NCBI GenBank assembly: GCA_021202075.1
Contig: JAJQDT010000116.1
Coordinates: 127,821 to 191,820 of the forward strand
Direction of reading: 5' to 3'
DNA from: Lachnospiraceae bacterium
GTDB taxonomy: Bacteria > Bacillota > Clostridia > Lachnospirales > Lachnospiraceae
Length of the DNA: 64,000 nucleotides
Under the pieces are notes generated by a model. That model made no database searches and was not told where the DNA came from. It was given only the letters and a program-made list of their open reading frames with translations. Position numbers and translations under genes: made by a program. Positions 1 to 9,968 of this stretch are shown piece by piece (positions within the stretch are counted from its first letter, which is position 1; each line of letters begins with the position of its first letter).

Positions 1-267
1 TCATCGTCCATCCTCTCTCATTCCTGACCTGGACAAGCCGGACCCAAAATTTTGCCCATCAGTCCTGGTAGTACGTATCGTAATTCCATGTGGATTCCGA
101 TTACCCGATTCGCCGACATCACGATATATAAATCCCCGGCGCTGCCCAGGTAAAATCCAGGATCGCAATTCCATGTACACTCTGCCCGTATGTTCCGCCA
201 ATCTCTCCACCCGGAAATATAGGCTCAGTCAGGGTAAAACTAAGGCTGCACAGAAGAATCACCATTT

Positions 268-1269
268 TCATCCAAACAAATGACAGGCCACCTCATGGTT
301 TGCTGAAATTCGCTTCAAAGCAGGCTTTTCTTTTTTACAAATCTCCCGGCACCGGTCACAGCGGTTCTGGAAGGGGCATCCGGGCGGCACATCCACCGGA
401 CTGGGCGCCTCGCTCTCGATGCTCTCGATCTTTTTGGTAAAATCCATTTTTGTAGAAAAGATCGCTCCCAGCATAGCCTGCGTATAAGGGTGCTGTGCGT
501 TGGTACTGACCTCATTGCCGGGCAAAATCTCCACGATATTTCCCAGATACATAACCGCCAGCTGATGAGCAAATGACTGCACGAGCGCCATGTCGTGACA
601 GATAAATACAAGTGAGATTCCCTTTTCCTTCTGCAGCTTCACCAGCAGCTCAATGATGCGATCCTGCACCGATACGTCAAGCGCCGAAGTCGCCTCATCG
701 CAGACAATGATTTCCGGCTCCAGGGCAAGCGCACGCGCGATGCCGACCCTCTGCCGCTGCCCGCCGCTCATATTATGAGGATAGCGGTAGATAAAATCCT
801 CCGGAAGCTCCACCATGCGCAGCAGCTCTTTCGCCTTCGCCTCGCGCTCTGAACGTTTGATCAGCTTAAAATTCATCAGAGGCTCGGTGACGATATCAAT
901 AATCTTCATCTTCGGGCTGAACGCAGCCGCCGGATCCTGAAAGACCATCTGGATTTTTCTCCTGCTCTGCCGCAGCTCCTCGCCTTTCAGCTTTGTAATG
1001 TCCTTTCCGTCAAACAAAATCTGCCCTTCCGTGGGCGGAAACATCTGGACGATCATTTTGACAAACGTCGACTTTCCACAGCCGCTCTCCCCAACGATGC
1101 CGAGCGTCCTCCCGCGGTACACGGTCAAGTTGATATCATTGCACGCTTTCAAGGTACGGCCGCCAGAAGCCGGAAACTGCTTTGTAACATGATAAGCACT
1201 CAGAATAGCCTCATGTCCGGTCTCCATCTGGTTTTCCGCAACCGCTGCTTCTTTTTTCTCAGAGGACAT
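268..1269 (-). CDS. Peptide/nickel ABC transporter ATP-binding subunit (OppF/DppF-like)
   Basis: Walker [10 protein letters not shown], signature MSGGQRQR, Walker B IIVCDEATSALD, C-terminal Cys-rich oligo_HPY region (HPYT...GCPFQNRC). Confidence 0.95.
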   Translation of the reverse strand: MSSEKKEAAVAENQMETGHEAILSAYHVTKQFPASGGRTLKACNDINLTVYRGRTLGIVGESGCGKSTFVKMIVQMFPPTEGQILFDGKDITKLKGEELRQSRRKIQMVFQDPAAAFSPKMKIIDIVTEPLMNFKLIKRSEREAKAKELLRMVELPEDFIYRYPHNMSGGQRQRVGIARALALEPEIIVCDEATSALDVSVQDRIIELLVKLQKEKGISLVFICHDMALVQSFAHQLAVMYLGNIVEILPGNEVSTNAQHPYTQAMLGAIFSTKMDFTKKIESIESEAPSPVDVPPGCPFQNRCDRCREICKKEKPALKRISANHEVACHLFG

Positions 1270-2056
1270 AGCGTTTTCCCTCCATTTCCGGCACCGCGGC
1301 CAGCAGATTCTTCGTGTAGTCGCTGGTCGGGTGACTCATCACCTCATCCCGGGTTCCCCGATCCACGACCGTACCATGCTGCATCACCACCAGCTGGTCA
1401 GCCATGTAGGCGGCCACACCGATGTTGTGTGTAACGATAATCACCGATGTCTGGAACTGATCCCGCAGCTCCATAATCTGGCGGACAATCTGCGCCTGCG
1501 TCGTGACGTCGAGCGCACTCGTCGGCTCATCCGCCAGCAAAAGCTTCGGGGAAAAGGTCATCGCCATGGCGATGCCGACCCTCTGCCGCATTCCTCCGGA
1601 GAGCTGGAACGGATAGCTGTTCATAATGTTTCTGCCGTCCGGCAAACGCATCCGCTCCAGCATTTCCACGCCCTTTTCAAAAGCGTCCTTTTTTGACATT
1701 GCTTCATGGGTGCGTATGTATTCCATATACTGCGCCCCGATTTTGCGGATCGGATTGATCATCGCGCCGGAATCCTGAAAAATCATGGAGATCTTCGTTC
1801 CCCGCAGATCGCGCCATTCGTTTTTGGACAGCCTCAGCAATGAGCGATCCTCAAACAGAATATCTCCCGCTTCGACCTGCCCGCCGCCGGGAAGCAGCCC
1901 GAGCACCGCGCGGATAACCGTCGTCTTGCCGCTTCCGCTCTCGCCGACGACACTGACCACCTCCGCGTCCTTCATCGTCAGGTCAAAATGTTCAATCGTC
2001 GGAGACGGATTCTTCCCGTACCTGACCGTAATATCCTGTATTTTCAGCAAATCCAT
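1259..2056 (-). CDS. Peptide/nickel ABC transporter ATP-binding subunit (OppD/NikD-like)
   Basis: [29 protein letters not shown]; start moved to ATG 2056 behind a GGAGG RBS. Confidence 0.93.
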   Translation of the reverse strand: MDLLKIQDITVRYGKNPSPTIEHFDLTMKDAEVVSVVGESGSGKTTVIRAVLGLLPGGGQVEAGDILFEDRSLLRLSKNEWRDLRGTKISMIFQDSGAMINPIRKIGAQYMEYIRTHEAMSKKDAFEKGVEMLERMRLPDGRNIMNSYPFQLSGGMRQRVGIAMAMTFSPKLLLADEPTSALDVTTQAQIVRQIMELRDQFQTSVIIVTHNIGVAAYMADQLVVMQHGTVVDRGTRDEVMSHPTSDYTKNLLAAVPEMEGKRYVL

Positions 2057-2137
2057 ATCCGATCCTCCCGAACCAGGTTTAAACGACGAAAATCGCTTAC
2101 TATAATTACATGCCACACCCCTGCCGCGCACTCTGTC

Positions 2138-3766
2138 TCAGCCGGCCGGCGTAATATCCGTGCTCAGCCAGTAATAATCAAACGTCGCGATCTCCGCACC
2201 GGTCACCTTGGACGCGTTGCTGATCATGGTCGAGTTGTAATAGCCGTGCAGCAGCACCGCGCAGTCATTTACCAGCACCTGCTCCATCTCGACAACCAGC
2301 GCGTTCCGCTCGTCCGTATCGGTAGATGCGATAAACTGCTCATACAGTGCGTCGAACTCGTCGCTGTCATAATTGCAATAGTTCGTGCCGTCCTGATTCT
2401 CCTCCCCGTAGAAATTGGAGCCGTCCTCGCCGCCGTACCAGTTCAGCAAAAATGCGGTCGGATCGCCCGTGCCCACGGTCGTCCAGTTTGAGTCGCACAA
2501 ATCGTACTCTCCCGCCTGCATCAGCATCCACTCGGTATCGCTGTCCGTGCTGTTGACACTTACACCGATGCCGATCGCGGAGAGAGATACCTGAATCGCC
2601 TGCGCAAAGTCAGACAGGCAGCGGTTGTTGTAGGTAATATAGGTCAGATTGATGTTCTCGCCGTCCAGCTCGCGGATGCCGTCGCCATCCGTATCCACAA
2701 TGTCAGCCTCATCCAGCAGAGCGACTGCCGCGTCCGCGTCATATGCATACGGGTTGTCCAGATTTTCATCCTCATAAATCAGGGAGGACGGGAGAATGCC
2801 GACGCCTGCGGTGTACATACCGCCGACCGTCACCTCGCACATGGTCGTGCTGTCGATCGCCATGCGCACCGCCTGGCGCAGGGCGTCATTTCCAAGAATG
2901 CCGTCAAAATTAATATAAGCAAATCCGCTCCGAAGGCTCGATGACTTGGAAACGTAGTAAGCATCGCTCGCTTCCAGCGTAGCCAGATCACTGGATGTCG
3001 TCACGTTTTCCGTCAGGTCGATAATGCCGCTCATCAGAGACATCGCCTTTGTCGTGTCATCCTCAATGAAGGTAACATTGACCGTACCGTACGGCACCTC
3101 GCCATTCCAGTAATTTTCATTTGCCACCATGGTGCCGCTCTTTGTCGTCGAATCAAAAGAGGAAAGCACATATGGTCCGGTCGCAATCACAGATGTTGTG
3201 TAACCGTCTTCATGTTCCGCGTCCGTTGTATCGCCGTACACATCAATGATGGAGTAGAATGGGAAGCAGAGCGTCGCGGTCAGGTCCGCCACCGCCGTAT
3301 TGGTCACGATGGTCACCGTGTTCGCATCCGTATCCGCCTCGATGCTCGCCATATCAATGTAGCCGGCCGGCGTAGAGCTGTAGTCGTCGCTGTTCGCGCA
3401 TACATAAAACAGACGGTTCAGAGAATCCGCCACGGCCTGCGCGTCACACGCATCCCCATTTGAAAACAGTACACCGTCGCGGATATGGAACGTCCAGGTC
3501 ATTTTGTCCTCCGATACCTCGTAAGTATCGCAGAGCAGCGGCTCTACACTCATATCATCATTGAACTTAAACAAACACTCCGTGATGCCCCAGCGAACTC
3601 CCTGCCATGCTGCATTCTGATATGCGGCCGGGTCGAACGAGGTCGAATACACGTAGCATCCGAAATTCAGTACATCATCCGACGCCGCCTGTGTCACGGC
3701 CGGTGAAGCGCTCACTACCATTGCGGCCGCCATCGCAGCAGCCAGTGCCTTTTTAAACGTTTTCAT
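2138..3766 (-). CDS. Family 5 (peptide/nickel) ABC substrate-binding protein
   Basis: Signal peptide MKTFKKALAAAMAAAM; SBP_bac_5 motifs (WTFHIRDGVLFSNG, IATGPY); very acidic; RBS before ATG 3766. Confidence 0.93.
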   Translation of the reverse strand: MKTFKKALAAAMAAAMVVSASPAVTQAASDDVLNFGCYVYSTSFDPAAYQNAAWQGVRWGITECLFKFNDDMSVEPLLCDTYEVSEDKMTWTFHIRDGVLFSNGDACDAQAVADSLNRLFYVCANSDDYSSTPAGYIDMASIEADTDANTVTIVTNTAVADLTATLCFPFYSIIDVYGDTTDAEHEDGYTTSVIATGPYVLSSFDSTTKSGTMVANENYWNGEVPYGTVNVTFIEDDTTKAMSLMSGIIDLTENVTTSSDLATLEASDAYYVSKSSSLRSGFAYINFDGILGNDALRQAVRMAIDSTTMCEVTVGGMYTAGVGILPSSLIYEDENLDNPYAYDADAAVALLDEADIVDTDGDGIRELDGENINLTYITYNNRCLSDFAQAIQVSLSAIGIGVSVNSTDSDTEWMLMQAGEYDLCDSNWTTVGTGDPTAFLLNWYGGEDGSNFYGEENQDGTNYCNYDSDEFDALYEQFIASTDTDERNALVVEMEQVLVNDCAVLLHGYYNSTMISNASKVTGAEIATFDYYWLSTDITPAG

Positions 3767-3915
3767 CTGATTTTTTCCTCCTGATGCTTTGATATAACAC
3801 TTTTTTGAGTTCACCTGGCAAATTTAATGCTCCGGGGATTAGCAAGCGTGACAGGCAATTCGCGATCCAAAGCAACCTGCCCTCTTGTCCTTTAAATCAT
3901 ATCTGAATCATATCA

Positions 3916-3996
3916 TTGCCGATGAGAGCTGAACCATGAAAAATCGCTTCGCGAAGGGTCCAGCCTGCGTCTCGTATCCAGGAAGCGGATGTGAGA
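3916..3996. repeat. Palindromic mini-element, intergenic copy of the insert in the P1B ATPase gene
   Basis: 3924-4004 aligns with 7356-7436 at 9 mismatches in about 81 nt; two hairpins; flanked by CATATCA at 3909-3915 and 3997-4003. Confidence 0.85.
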
Positions 3997-4093
3997 CATA
4001 TCACCAGGATGGATATCCGCATACCCATCTGTTAACAGTTCACCGCCGGGAAGCTCATCGAACATAAAACGTCTTCCATGCGGTCATGTATCT

Positions 4094-4921
4094 TTATTCA
4101 TCTCTCGGATCCAGGACGTCCCGCAGACTGTCTCCCAGAAGATTGAATACCACAACAGTTACCAGTATCGCGAGACCGGGATACAGCATCATCCACGGAG
4201 CGGCCATCAGGTAGCTCCGCCCCTCACTCAGCATCAGGCCCCATTCCGCCTGCGGCGCCTGCGCGCCAAATCCCAGGAACGACAGGCCGGCCAGCTCCAG
4301 CATCATGCTTCCGATATCCGTAAACGCTGTCACCAGAAGCGTCGGCATGACATTCGGAAACAGATAAACGTAGAGAATATGTGGCGTCGTCGAGCCGGTC
4401 ACCCGCGCCGCCGCGATGTAATCACAGTTCTTGATCTTCAGCACCAGACTCCGAGCCAGCCGCGCGTATTTGGTCCAGCTCACAGCCGTAATTGCAATCA
4501 CCGCGTTCGTTATGCTTGCCCCCATGATACCCGCGATAGCAATCGCCAGCACCATCCCAGGGAATGAAATCATCATATCCGCCACACGCATGATCACCGC
4601 ATCGATCCACCCGCCGAAATATCCGGCCAGAATGCCGAGCACCGACCCGACCACAAAAATGCACGCCACCAGGATCAGCGCCGATGACAATGAAATCCTG
4701 CTTCCGTAAATCACTCTCGAAAACAAATCCCGCCCCAGCTTATCCGTACCGAACCAGTGGGTGCTGCTCGGGGCCTGCAGCGCGTCTGTCAGAACTGCCT
4801 CATACGGATCATACGGAGCAATCACATTCGCGTAAATGGCAACCAGAGCCAGCAATGCCGCCAGAATTGCAAATACAACAAACGACTTATGTTTTTTAAT
4901 AAAATCCAGTTTCTTTGGCAT
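4094..4921 (-). CDS. ABC permease (OppC/NikC-like)
   Basis: HWFGTDKLGRDLFSRVIYG motif, EAA-loop-like YIAAARVTG, C-terminal FNLLGDSLRDVLDP. Confidence 0.95.
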   Translation of the reverse strand: MPKKLDFIKKHKSFVVFAILAALLALVAIYANVIAPYDPYEAVLTDALQAPSSTHWFGTDKLGRDLFSRVIYGSRISLSSALILVACIFVVGSVLGILAGYFGGWIDAVIMRVADMMISFPGMVLAIAIAGIMGASITNAVIAITAVSWTKYARLARSLVLKIKNCDYIAAARVTGSTTPHILYVYLFPNVMPTLLVTAFTDIGSMMLELAGLSFLGFGAQAPQAEWGLMLSEGRSYLMAAPWMMLYPGLAILVTVVVFNLLGDSLRDVLDPRDE

Positions 4922-4940
4922 ACCCTGTCCTCTTTCCTCA

Positions 4941-5025
4941 GCTGCGTCAAGGCTTTTATATCCCGCCCTGCGATTCGCGCGTCAGGCAGTGCAAGATGCA
5001 CAAGTTCTTTCGTAACAGTTTCTCA
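4941..5025. repeat. Dispersed repeat, module E
   Basis: GCTGCGTC..GGCTTTTAT...CTGCGATTCGCGCGTCAGGCAGTGCAAGATG..CAAGTT.TTTCG.AACAGTT shared with 25105-25264, 27509-27590 and 34990-35065. Confidence 0.8.
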
Positions 5026-6021
5026 GCTCTGCTGCGCACTTGGCGTCCCGCCCGCAGCAGCCTTCGCCGCCGGACGCGATGGGCGAATCGCCTGTTTCAT
5101 CCGCGGATCGATCAGATTATAAGAAAGATCCACCACGAGATTGACCACCATATAGATCAGCGCAATCCAGAGCACATACCCCTGGATCAGCGGATAATCC
5201 ATGGAAGAAATCGCTGAAATCGCCAGGCTCCCAAGCCCCGGGTAGGAGAAAATCACCTCCACCACAGCCGTGCCGCCGAGCAGGGAACCTAACGAAAGAC
5301 CTAACATGGTAATCAGCGGCAATAAAGAGTTCGGAAATACATGCCTCCACAGAATCCGGCTTTCCTTCACCCCGCGTGCCCGTGCCCCGGTCACATAATC
5401 CTGATTCAGCTCCTCCAGCACCGCCGTGCGCACCTGCCTCACATATTTTGAGGACATCGGAAACGCCAGTGTCAGCGCCGGCAGGATCATCGGTCGGATT
5501 CCCGTTCCGATAGAAATCACCGGCAGCCACCCGAGCACCATCCCTATGTAATAGGCGAGCAGCAGTCCGACCCAAAAATTCGGCATTGACACGCCCAGAA
5601 ACGTGTAGCCCCTGACAATATAGTCCAGCACACTTCCCTTATAGACCGCCGAGAGCATCCCGAGCGGAACCGCAATCACCAGCATCATCACCAGCGAGAG
5701 CAGCGCCAGCTTCAGCGTCGGCAGAAGTCTGGAAGACAGCAGCGTCAGAACCGGCGTCTTCAACGAATAGGATGTCCCAAAATCGCCGTGCAGGCATCCG
5801 CTCAGCCAGTTCCAGTACTGTACCAGGAGCGGGTCATTCAGCCCCATCTCCTCCCTCGTCGCCTCCAGCACCGCCTCACTCGGGATCGTGCCATTCACCG
5901 CATACATCGACCGCACCGGGTCGCCAGGAGCCAGATACGTCAGCGCAAAAGTCAGAAAACTGATTCCAATAAGTACAATTATAATTTGCAGGAGCCGTCC
6001 GCCGAGCTGCTTTTTACTCAT
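5023..6021 (-). CDS. ABC permease (OppB/NikB-like)
   Basis: LAPGDP...GLNDPLLVQY, GDFGTSY, ARARG EAA loop, DYPLIQG; start ATG 6021 with GGAGGG RBS. Confidence 0.95.
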   Translation of the reverse strand: MSKKQLGGRLLQIIIVLIGISFLTFALTYLAPGDPVRSMYAVNGTIPSEAVLEATREEMGLNDPLLVQYWNWLSGCLHGDFGTSYSLKTPVLTLLSSRLLPTLKLALLSLVMMLVIAVPLGMLSAVYKGSVLDYIVRGYTFLGVSMPNFWVGLLLAYYIGMVLGWLPVISIGTGIRPMILPALTLAFPMSSKYVRQVRTAVLEELNQDYVTGARARGVKESRILWRHVFPNSLLPLITMLGLSLGSLLGGTAVVEVIFSYPGLGSLAISAISSMDYPLIQGYVLWIALIYMVVNLVVDLSYNLIDPRMKQAIRPSRPAAKAAAGGTPSAQQS

Positions 6022-6323
6022 CGCTTTCCCTCCATATCCTATCCCGCATTGCTTTTTATGCGGGATGAAGGCAATGTTCCGATTTTCGCAGAAAATCGAG
6101 AACGGAACCACGTCTTGCGCGCCAGCGCAATTCGTAATGACGTGGCTTTCCATATTAAAGCCAAAACTTGCTTTCCGGAAAAAACCACAGAGCATTCTCT
6201 CCGGAAACAGAAAAATGCGATCCGGTCCGAATCGCATTTTAAGAATCACATTTTTCGCAAAAAGAGTACGCAAAAAAATAATAAAAAGCTTTTCTTATCC
6301 ACCGTAAGAAGAAACCAATCCTC

Positions 6324-6673
6324 AGATGCAAGCAAGTCTCCTGACTTAAGATCAACGCCATCTAACGCCTTCCCACAAAAAGCTTCTGCCTGAATTTACC
6401 GGATTCTCTCAAAATCCATCGGATTCGCATAGCTGAATCTCATAAGCTTTTCGCAGTGACATGATGTAGAAGGCTCCCTATCACAGTGACGGGATCGTAC
6501 CGGATTTGCACCGGTTTCCTTTTTAATCCCAGATTGTCTAAAAACTGCACTGTGTCAATGATATAGAAATTCATAACTATAAAACACTGCTCAATCCACA
6601 GTACCATATCCTATTGTTGATTACCAGGCTATGTATACAGATAATTACAGACAAAAAGGGAACATGCATCCTC
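6324..6673 (-). ncRNA. Cobalamin (AdoCbl) riboswitch with long peripheral insertions
   Basis: Minus strand reads AAAAGGAAACCGGTGCAAATCCGGTACGATCCCGTCACTGTGA...GTCACTG...TGGGAAGGC...AAGTCAGGAGACTTG (B12-box); P1 GATGCA/TGCATC; lies upstream of the ABC operon. Confidence 0.92.
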
Positions 6674-6704
6674 TATTCAGTTTTAAAACATCTAAATCAA
6701 TTTC

Positions 6705-6732
6705 ATTCTAACACCCATTTGCTATTTGTCAA
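6705..6732 (-). promoter_or_regulatory. Sigma-A promoter of the riboswitch/ABC operon
   Basis: TTGACA-16 nt-TAGAAT with extended TG, about 30 nt upstream of the riboswitch P1. Confidence 0.7.
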
Positions 6733-6760
6733 CAAAAAATTTTTCTTTCGAAAAATATAG

Positions 6761-6790
6761 TTGACAGGATTTTACATTCTCATTTATAAT
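6761..6790 (+). promoter_or_regulatory. Sigma-A promoter of the P1B ATPase gene
   Basis: Perfect TTGACA (6761-6766) and TATAAT (6785-6790), 18 nt spacer. Confidence 0.75.
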
Positions 6791-7010
6791 GATGTCAATC
6801 CACTGATTTGAAAACAATTTCATATTTCTTTTTCTTTTTTAAAATGTCTGAATGGTCATTGCGGTCTGCGATGACTGGTTTCAATGTATAAAAGTATAAA
6901 AACATAAAACAATTCAAGGCAGAACCCGAAATACGCTAATTGCGCATATTATTCGTTTCCGCATTCTGCATTCTGAATTGTTGCGAAAAAAAGCATACGG
7001 AGGAATCGGT

Positions 7011-9968
7011 ATGGATCAAGATAAAGAAGAACTTCTCCACGAAGAAAAAGATGAATGTGGAAGCGGACATGACCATCACCACGAGGAGCATGACGAATGC
7101 GAGTGCGGACATGATCACGAACATGACAAACACTATGAGTGCGGATGCGGACATGACCACGACCATGACGATCACCATGACGAACACGATGAGTGCGGGT
7201 GCGGGCATGATCACGACCATGAGCATCATCATGATGAGCATGATGAATGCGGGTGCGGACATGACCACGGGCATGAACATCATCATGATGAGCACGACGA
7301 ATGTGGCTGTGGACATGATCACGGCCATGACGGGCATATCCACAATCACCATAAGGAGAGCCGGACCATGGAAAATCGCTTCGCGATGGGTCCGGCCTGC
7401 GTCTCGCATCCAGAAAGCGGATGCGAGATATATCACGTGGAAGGCCATCCGGATGACTGTGAGTGCGAGCTCTGCCATCCGCATGAGGACTACTGCGATG
7501 TATGCGGACAGAGCCTCTCGAACTGCACCTGCAGGATGCCGGATGAGGACTGCGTAAAAAAGGTTTATATCCTGGAAAATCTCGGCTGCGCAAACTGCGC
7601 CGCGAAGATGGAGAAAAAAATCAAGGAGCTCCCCGGCGTCACCTACGCGACAATCACCTACACGACCAAACAGCTGCGACTTTCCGCCAAGGATCCGGAC
7701 GCGCTGCTTCCGCAAATTCAGGCAATCTGCGCGGCGATTGAGTCTGAAGTAAAGGTCGTGCCGCGTACGAAATCGCCCGGCTCCCTGGTTACCAGAACCT
7801 ATACGGTAGAAAACCTGGGCTGTGCGAACTGCGCTGCGAAGATGGAAAAACGCATCAGCGAGCTGGACGGCATCACGACCGCGACTTTGACCTTCGCGAC
7901 CAAACAGCTGCGCGTAAGCGGCAAAAATCCGGACGGCCTGTTTGAAGAAATGCAGAGAATCTGCAGCACCATTGAAGCGCCGGTAAAGCTGGTACCCAAA
8001 GACACACGTCCGAAGAGTAAGGATACCTTAAATGTCAATGAGATTCTGCCGGAAGCACGCCAGATGGCGCCGCCGTTTGAGCTGTCCGACAACATGAAAA
8101 CGCTGCTGGGCATCGGCCTGGGCGCAGTCCTTTTCATCCTCGGCGAAATCCTGGAGCACCGCGGACTGAACACCGCTTCTCTGCTGGTTCTGCTGGTCGG
8201 CTATGTGGTGCTCGGCGGACGCATCGTTCTGACCGCCGTAAAGAACCTGATGAAGGGACAGATTTTTGATGAGAACTTCCTGATGAGCATCGCAACACTC
8301 GGCGCGTTTGCGATTCAGGAATACCCGGAAGCGGTCGGCGTCATGCTGTTCTACCGCATCGGCGAATATTTTGAACACATCGCGGTCGAAAAGAGCCGCG
8401 GCCAGATCATGGACGCAGTCGATATGCGTCCAGAGGTCGTCAATCTCGTAGTCGGTGAGGATGTGCGCGTCATCGATGCGGATCAGGCAAACGTCGGCGA
8501 TATTCTGCTGATCCGGCCGGGCGACCGGATTCCGCTGGACGGCGTGATCGTGGAAGGCGAGAGCCGGCTAGATACCTCACCCGTCACCGGCGAGCCGGTT
8601 CCGGTAAAGGTCGGCTACGGCGATGAGGTCGTCTCCGGCTGTGTCAACACCTCCGGCCTGTTAAAAATTCGTGTGGAAAAAATACTGGAAGAATCGATGG
8701 TCACCCGGATTCTCGATTCCGTGGAAAACGCGGCGGCGAGCAAGCCGAAAATTGACCGTTTCATCACACGGTTTGCCCGGATTTATACCCCGGTCGTCGT
8801 TATTCTGGCAGCCGCGACTGCCATCATCCCGTCCCTCGTGACCGGGAACTGGTATTACTATGTCTACACTGCACTGACCTTCCTCGTCATGAGCTGCCCG
8901 TGCGCCCTCGTTTTAAGCGTGCCTCTGGCCTTCTTCTCCGGCATCGGCGCAGGCTCAAAGCGCGGCATTCTTTTCAAGGGCGGCGTCGCCCTGGAGGCAA
9001 TGCGGAATGTCGACGCGGTTATCATGGACAAGACCGGCACCATCACCAAGGGCAACTTTGTTGTGCAGCGCGCGGTACCGGCAGCCTCTGAGGTTTCGCA
9101 GGACGAGCTGCTCTCCCTCTGCGCCAGCTGTGAAATGACCAGTACACATCCGATCGGCGTAAGTATCTTAAGCGCAGCGGATGAACAGAAACTCAGCTAT
9201 GCCCGCCCGACCGAAGTGGAAGAAATCGCGGGGCACGGCATCCGTGCGGTGATTCCTGTGGCAGCCACTTCGGAAGGCAACAGTGCTTCCGCGACCTGTA
9301 CCGTTCTCTGCGGCAACCGCAAGCTGATGGAAAAATATGGCATCTCGCTTGAAAATTATGAGAAAAAAGGCTTCGGCACGGAGGTGCTCGCCGCAAAGGA
9401 CGGCGTCTTCATCGGCCATCTGGTCATTTCCGATACCATCAAGGAAGACGCGAAATCCGCCATCGCGCAGATCAAGAGCCTTGGCATCGAGACCGTCATG
9501 CTCACCGGCGACGCGGAGGATTCCGCCCAGGCAGTCGCAGATGCGACCGGCATCGACGAGGTACACGCAAAGCTACTCCCGCAGGATAAGCTCACCGAGC
9601 TGATTCAGGTACGGAATGCGCATGGCTCTGTCATGTTCGTCGGCGACGGCATCAACGACGCACCGGTTCTCGCGGGCGCGGATGTCGGAGCGGCCATGGG
9701 CAGCGGTGCGGACGCGGCCATCGAGGCGGCAGACGTCGTATTCATGACCTCCAGCATGGAAGCCATCCCGCAGTCTCTCGCCATCGCGCGGGCGACCAGC
9801 GCCATTGCCTGGCAGAACGTCATCTTCGCGCTCGTCATCAAGGTGCTCGTCATGATCCTCGGCCTGTGCGGCTTTGCCTCCATGTGGATGGCCGTATTCG
9901 CCGACACCGGGGTCGCCATGCTCTGCGTGCTGAACTCGATCCGGGTATTATACAAGAAAAGAATCTGA
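7011..9968 (+). CDS. cadA: Heavy-metal (Zn/Cd-type, P1B-2-like) P-type ATPase with His/Cys-rich N-terminus and two HMA domains
   Basis: TGEP, SCPCALVLSVP, DKTGT, HP and GDGINDAP motifs; two GCANCAAK HMA domains; start ATG 7011 with GGAGG RBS. Confidence 0.93.
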   Translation: MDQDKEELLHEEKDECGSGHDHHHEEHDECECGHDHEHDKHYECGCGHDHDHDDHHDEHDECGCGHDHDHEHHHDEHDECGCGHDHGHEHHHDEHDECGCGHDHGHDGHIHNHHKESRTMENRFAMGPACVSHPESGCEIYHVEGHPDDCECELCHPHEDYCDVCGQSLSNCTCRMPDEDCVKKVYILENLGCANCAAKMEKKIKELPGVTYATITYTTKQLRLSAKDPDALLPQIQAICAAIESEVKVVPRTKSPGSLVTRTYTVENLGCANCAAKMEKRISELDGITTATLTFATKQLRVSGKNPDGLFEEMQRICSTIEAPVKLVPKDTRPKSKDTLNVNEILPEARQMAPPFELSDNMKTLLGIGLGAVLFILGEILEHRGLNTASLLVLLVGYVVLGGRIVLTAVKNLMKGQIFDENFLMSIATLGAFAIQEYPEAVGVMLFYRIGEYFEHIAVEKSRGQIMDAVDMRPEVVNLVVGEDVRVIDADQANVGDILLIRPGDRIPLDGVIVEGESRLDTSPVTGEPVPVKVGYGDEVVSGCVNTSGLLKIRVEKILEESMVTRILDSVENAAASKPKIDRFITRFARIYTPVVVILAAATAIIPSLVTGNWYYYVYTALTFLVMSCPCALVLSVPLAFFSGIGAGSKRGILFKGGVALEAMRNVDAVIMDKTGTITKGNFVVQRAVPAASEVSQDELLSLCASCEMTSTHPIGVSILSAADEQKLSYARPTEVEEIAGHGIRAVIPVAATSEGNSASATCTVLCGNRKLMEKYGISLENYEKKGFGTEVLAAKDGVFIGHLVISDTIKEDAKSAIAQIKSLGIETVMLTGDAEDSAQAVADATGIDEVHAKLLPQDKLTELIQVRNAHGSVMFVGDGINDAPVLAGADVGAAMGSGADAAIEAADVVFMTSSMEAIPQSLAIARATSAIAWQNVIFALVIKVLVMILGLCGFASMWMAVFADTGVAMLCVLNSIRVLYKKRI
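7045..7335 (+). repeat. Coding tandem repeat HHDEHDECGCGHDH
   Basis: About six degenerate copies of the DEC(G/E)CGHDH unit in the ATPase N-terminus. Confidence 0.9.
7350..7436. repeat. Palindromic mini-element inserted in frame in the ATPase
   Basis: Homologous to intergenic 3924-4004; ATCAC direct repeats at 7345 and 7432, 87 bp apart (29 codons). Confidence 0.82.

Noticed and set aside
1-210. 69-aa ORF at the window start
   Set aside because: No RBS or motif; a better candidate start is ATG at 11 on the minus strand, running out of the window.
6022-6273. N-terminal extensions in the ORF track (also 11492, 46108, 47390, 48179, 53509)
   Set aside because: Downstream starts have clear RBSs and family-typical N-termini; the extensions cross promoters or repeats.
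6936-7715. Long overlapping Met/Ile/Thr-rich ORFs in other frames
   Set aside because: Shadows of the His/Asp/Glu coding repeat of the ATPase.
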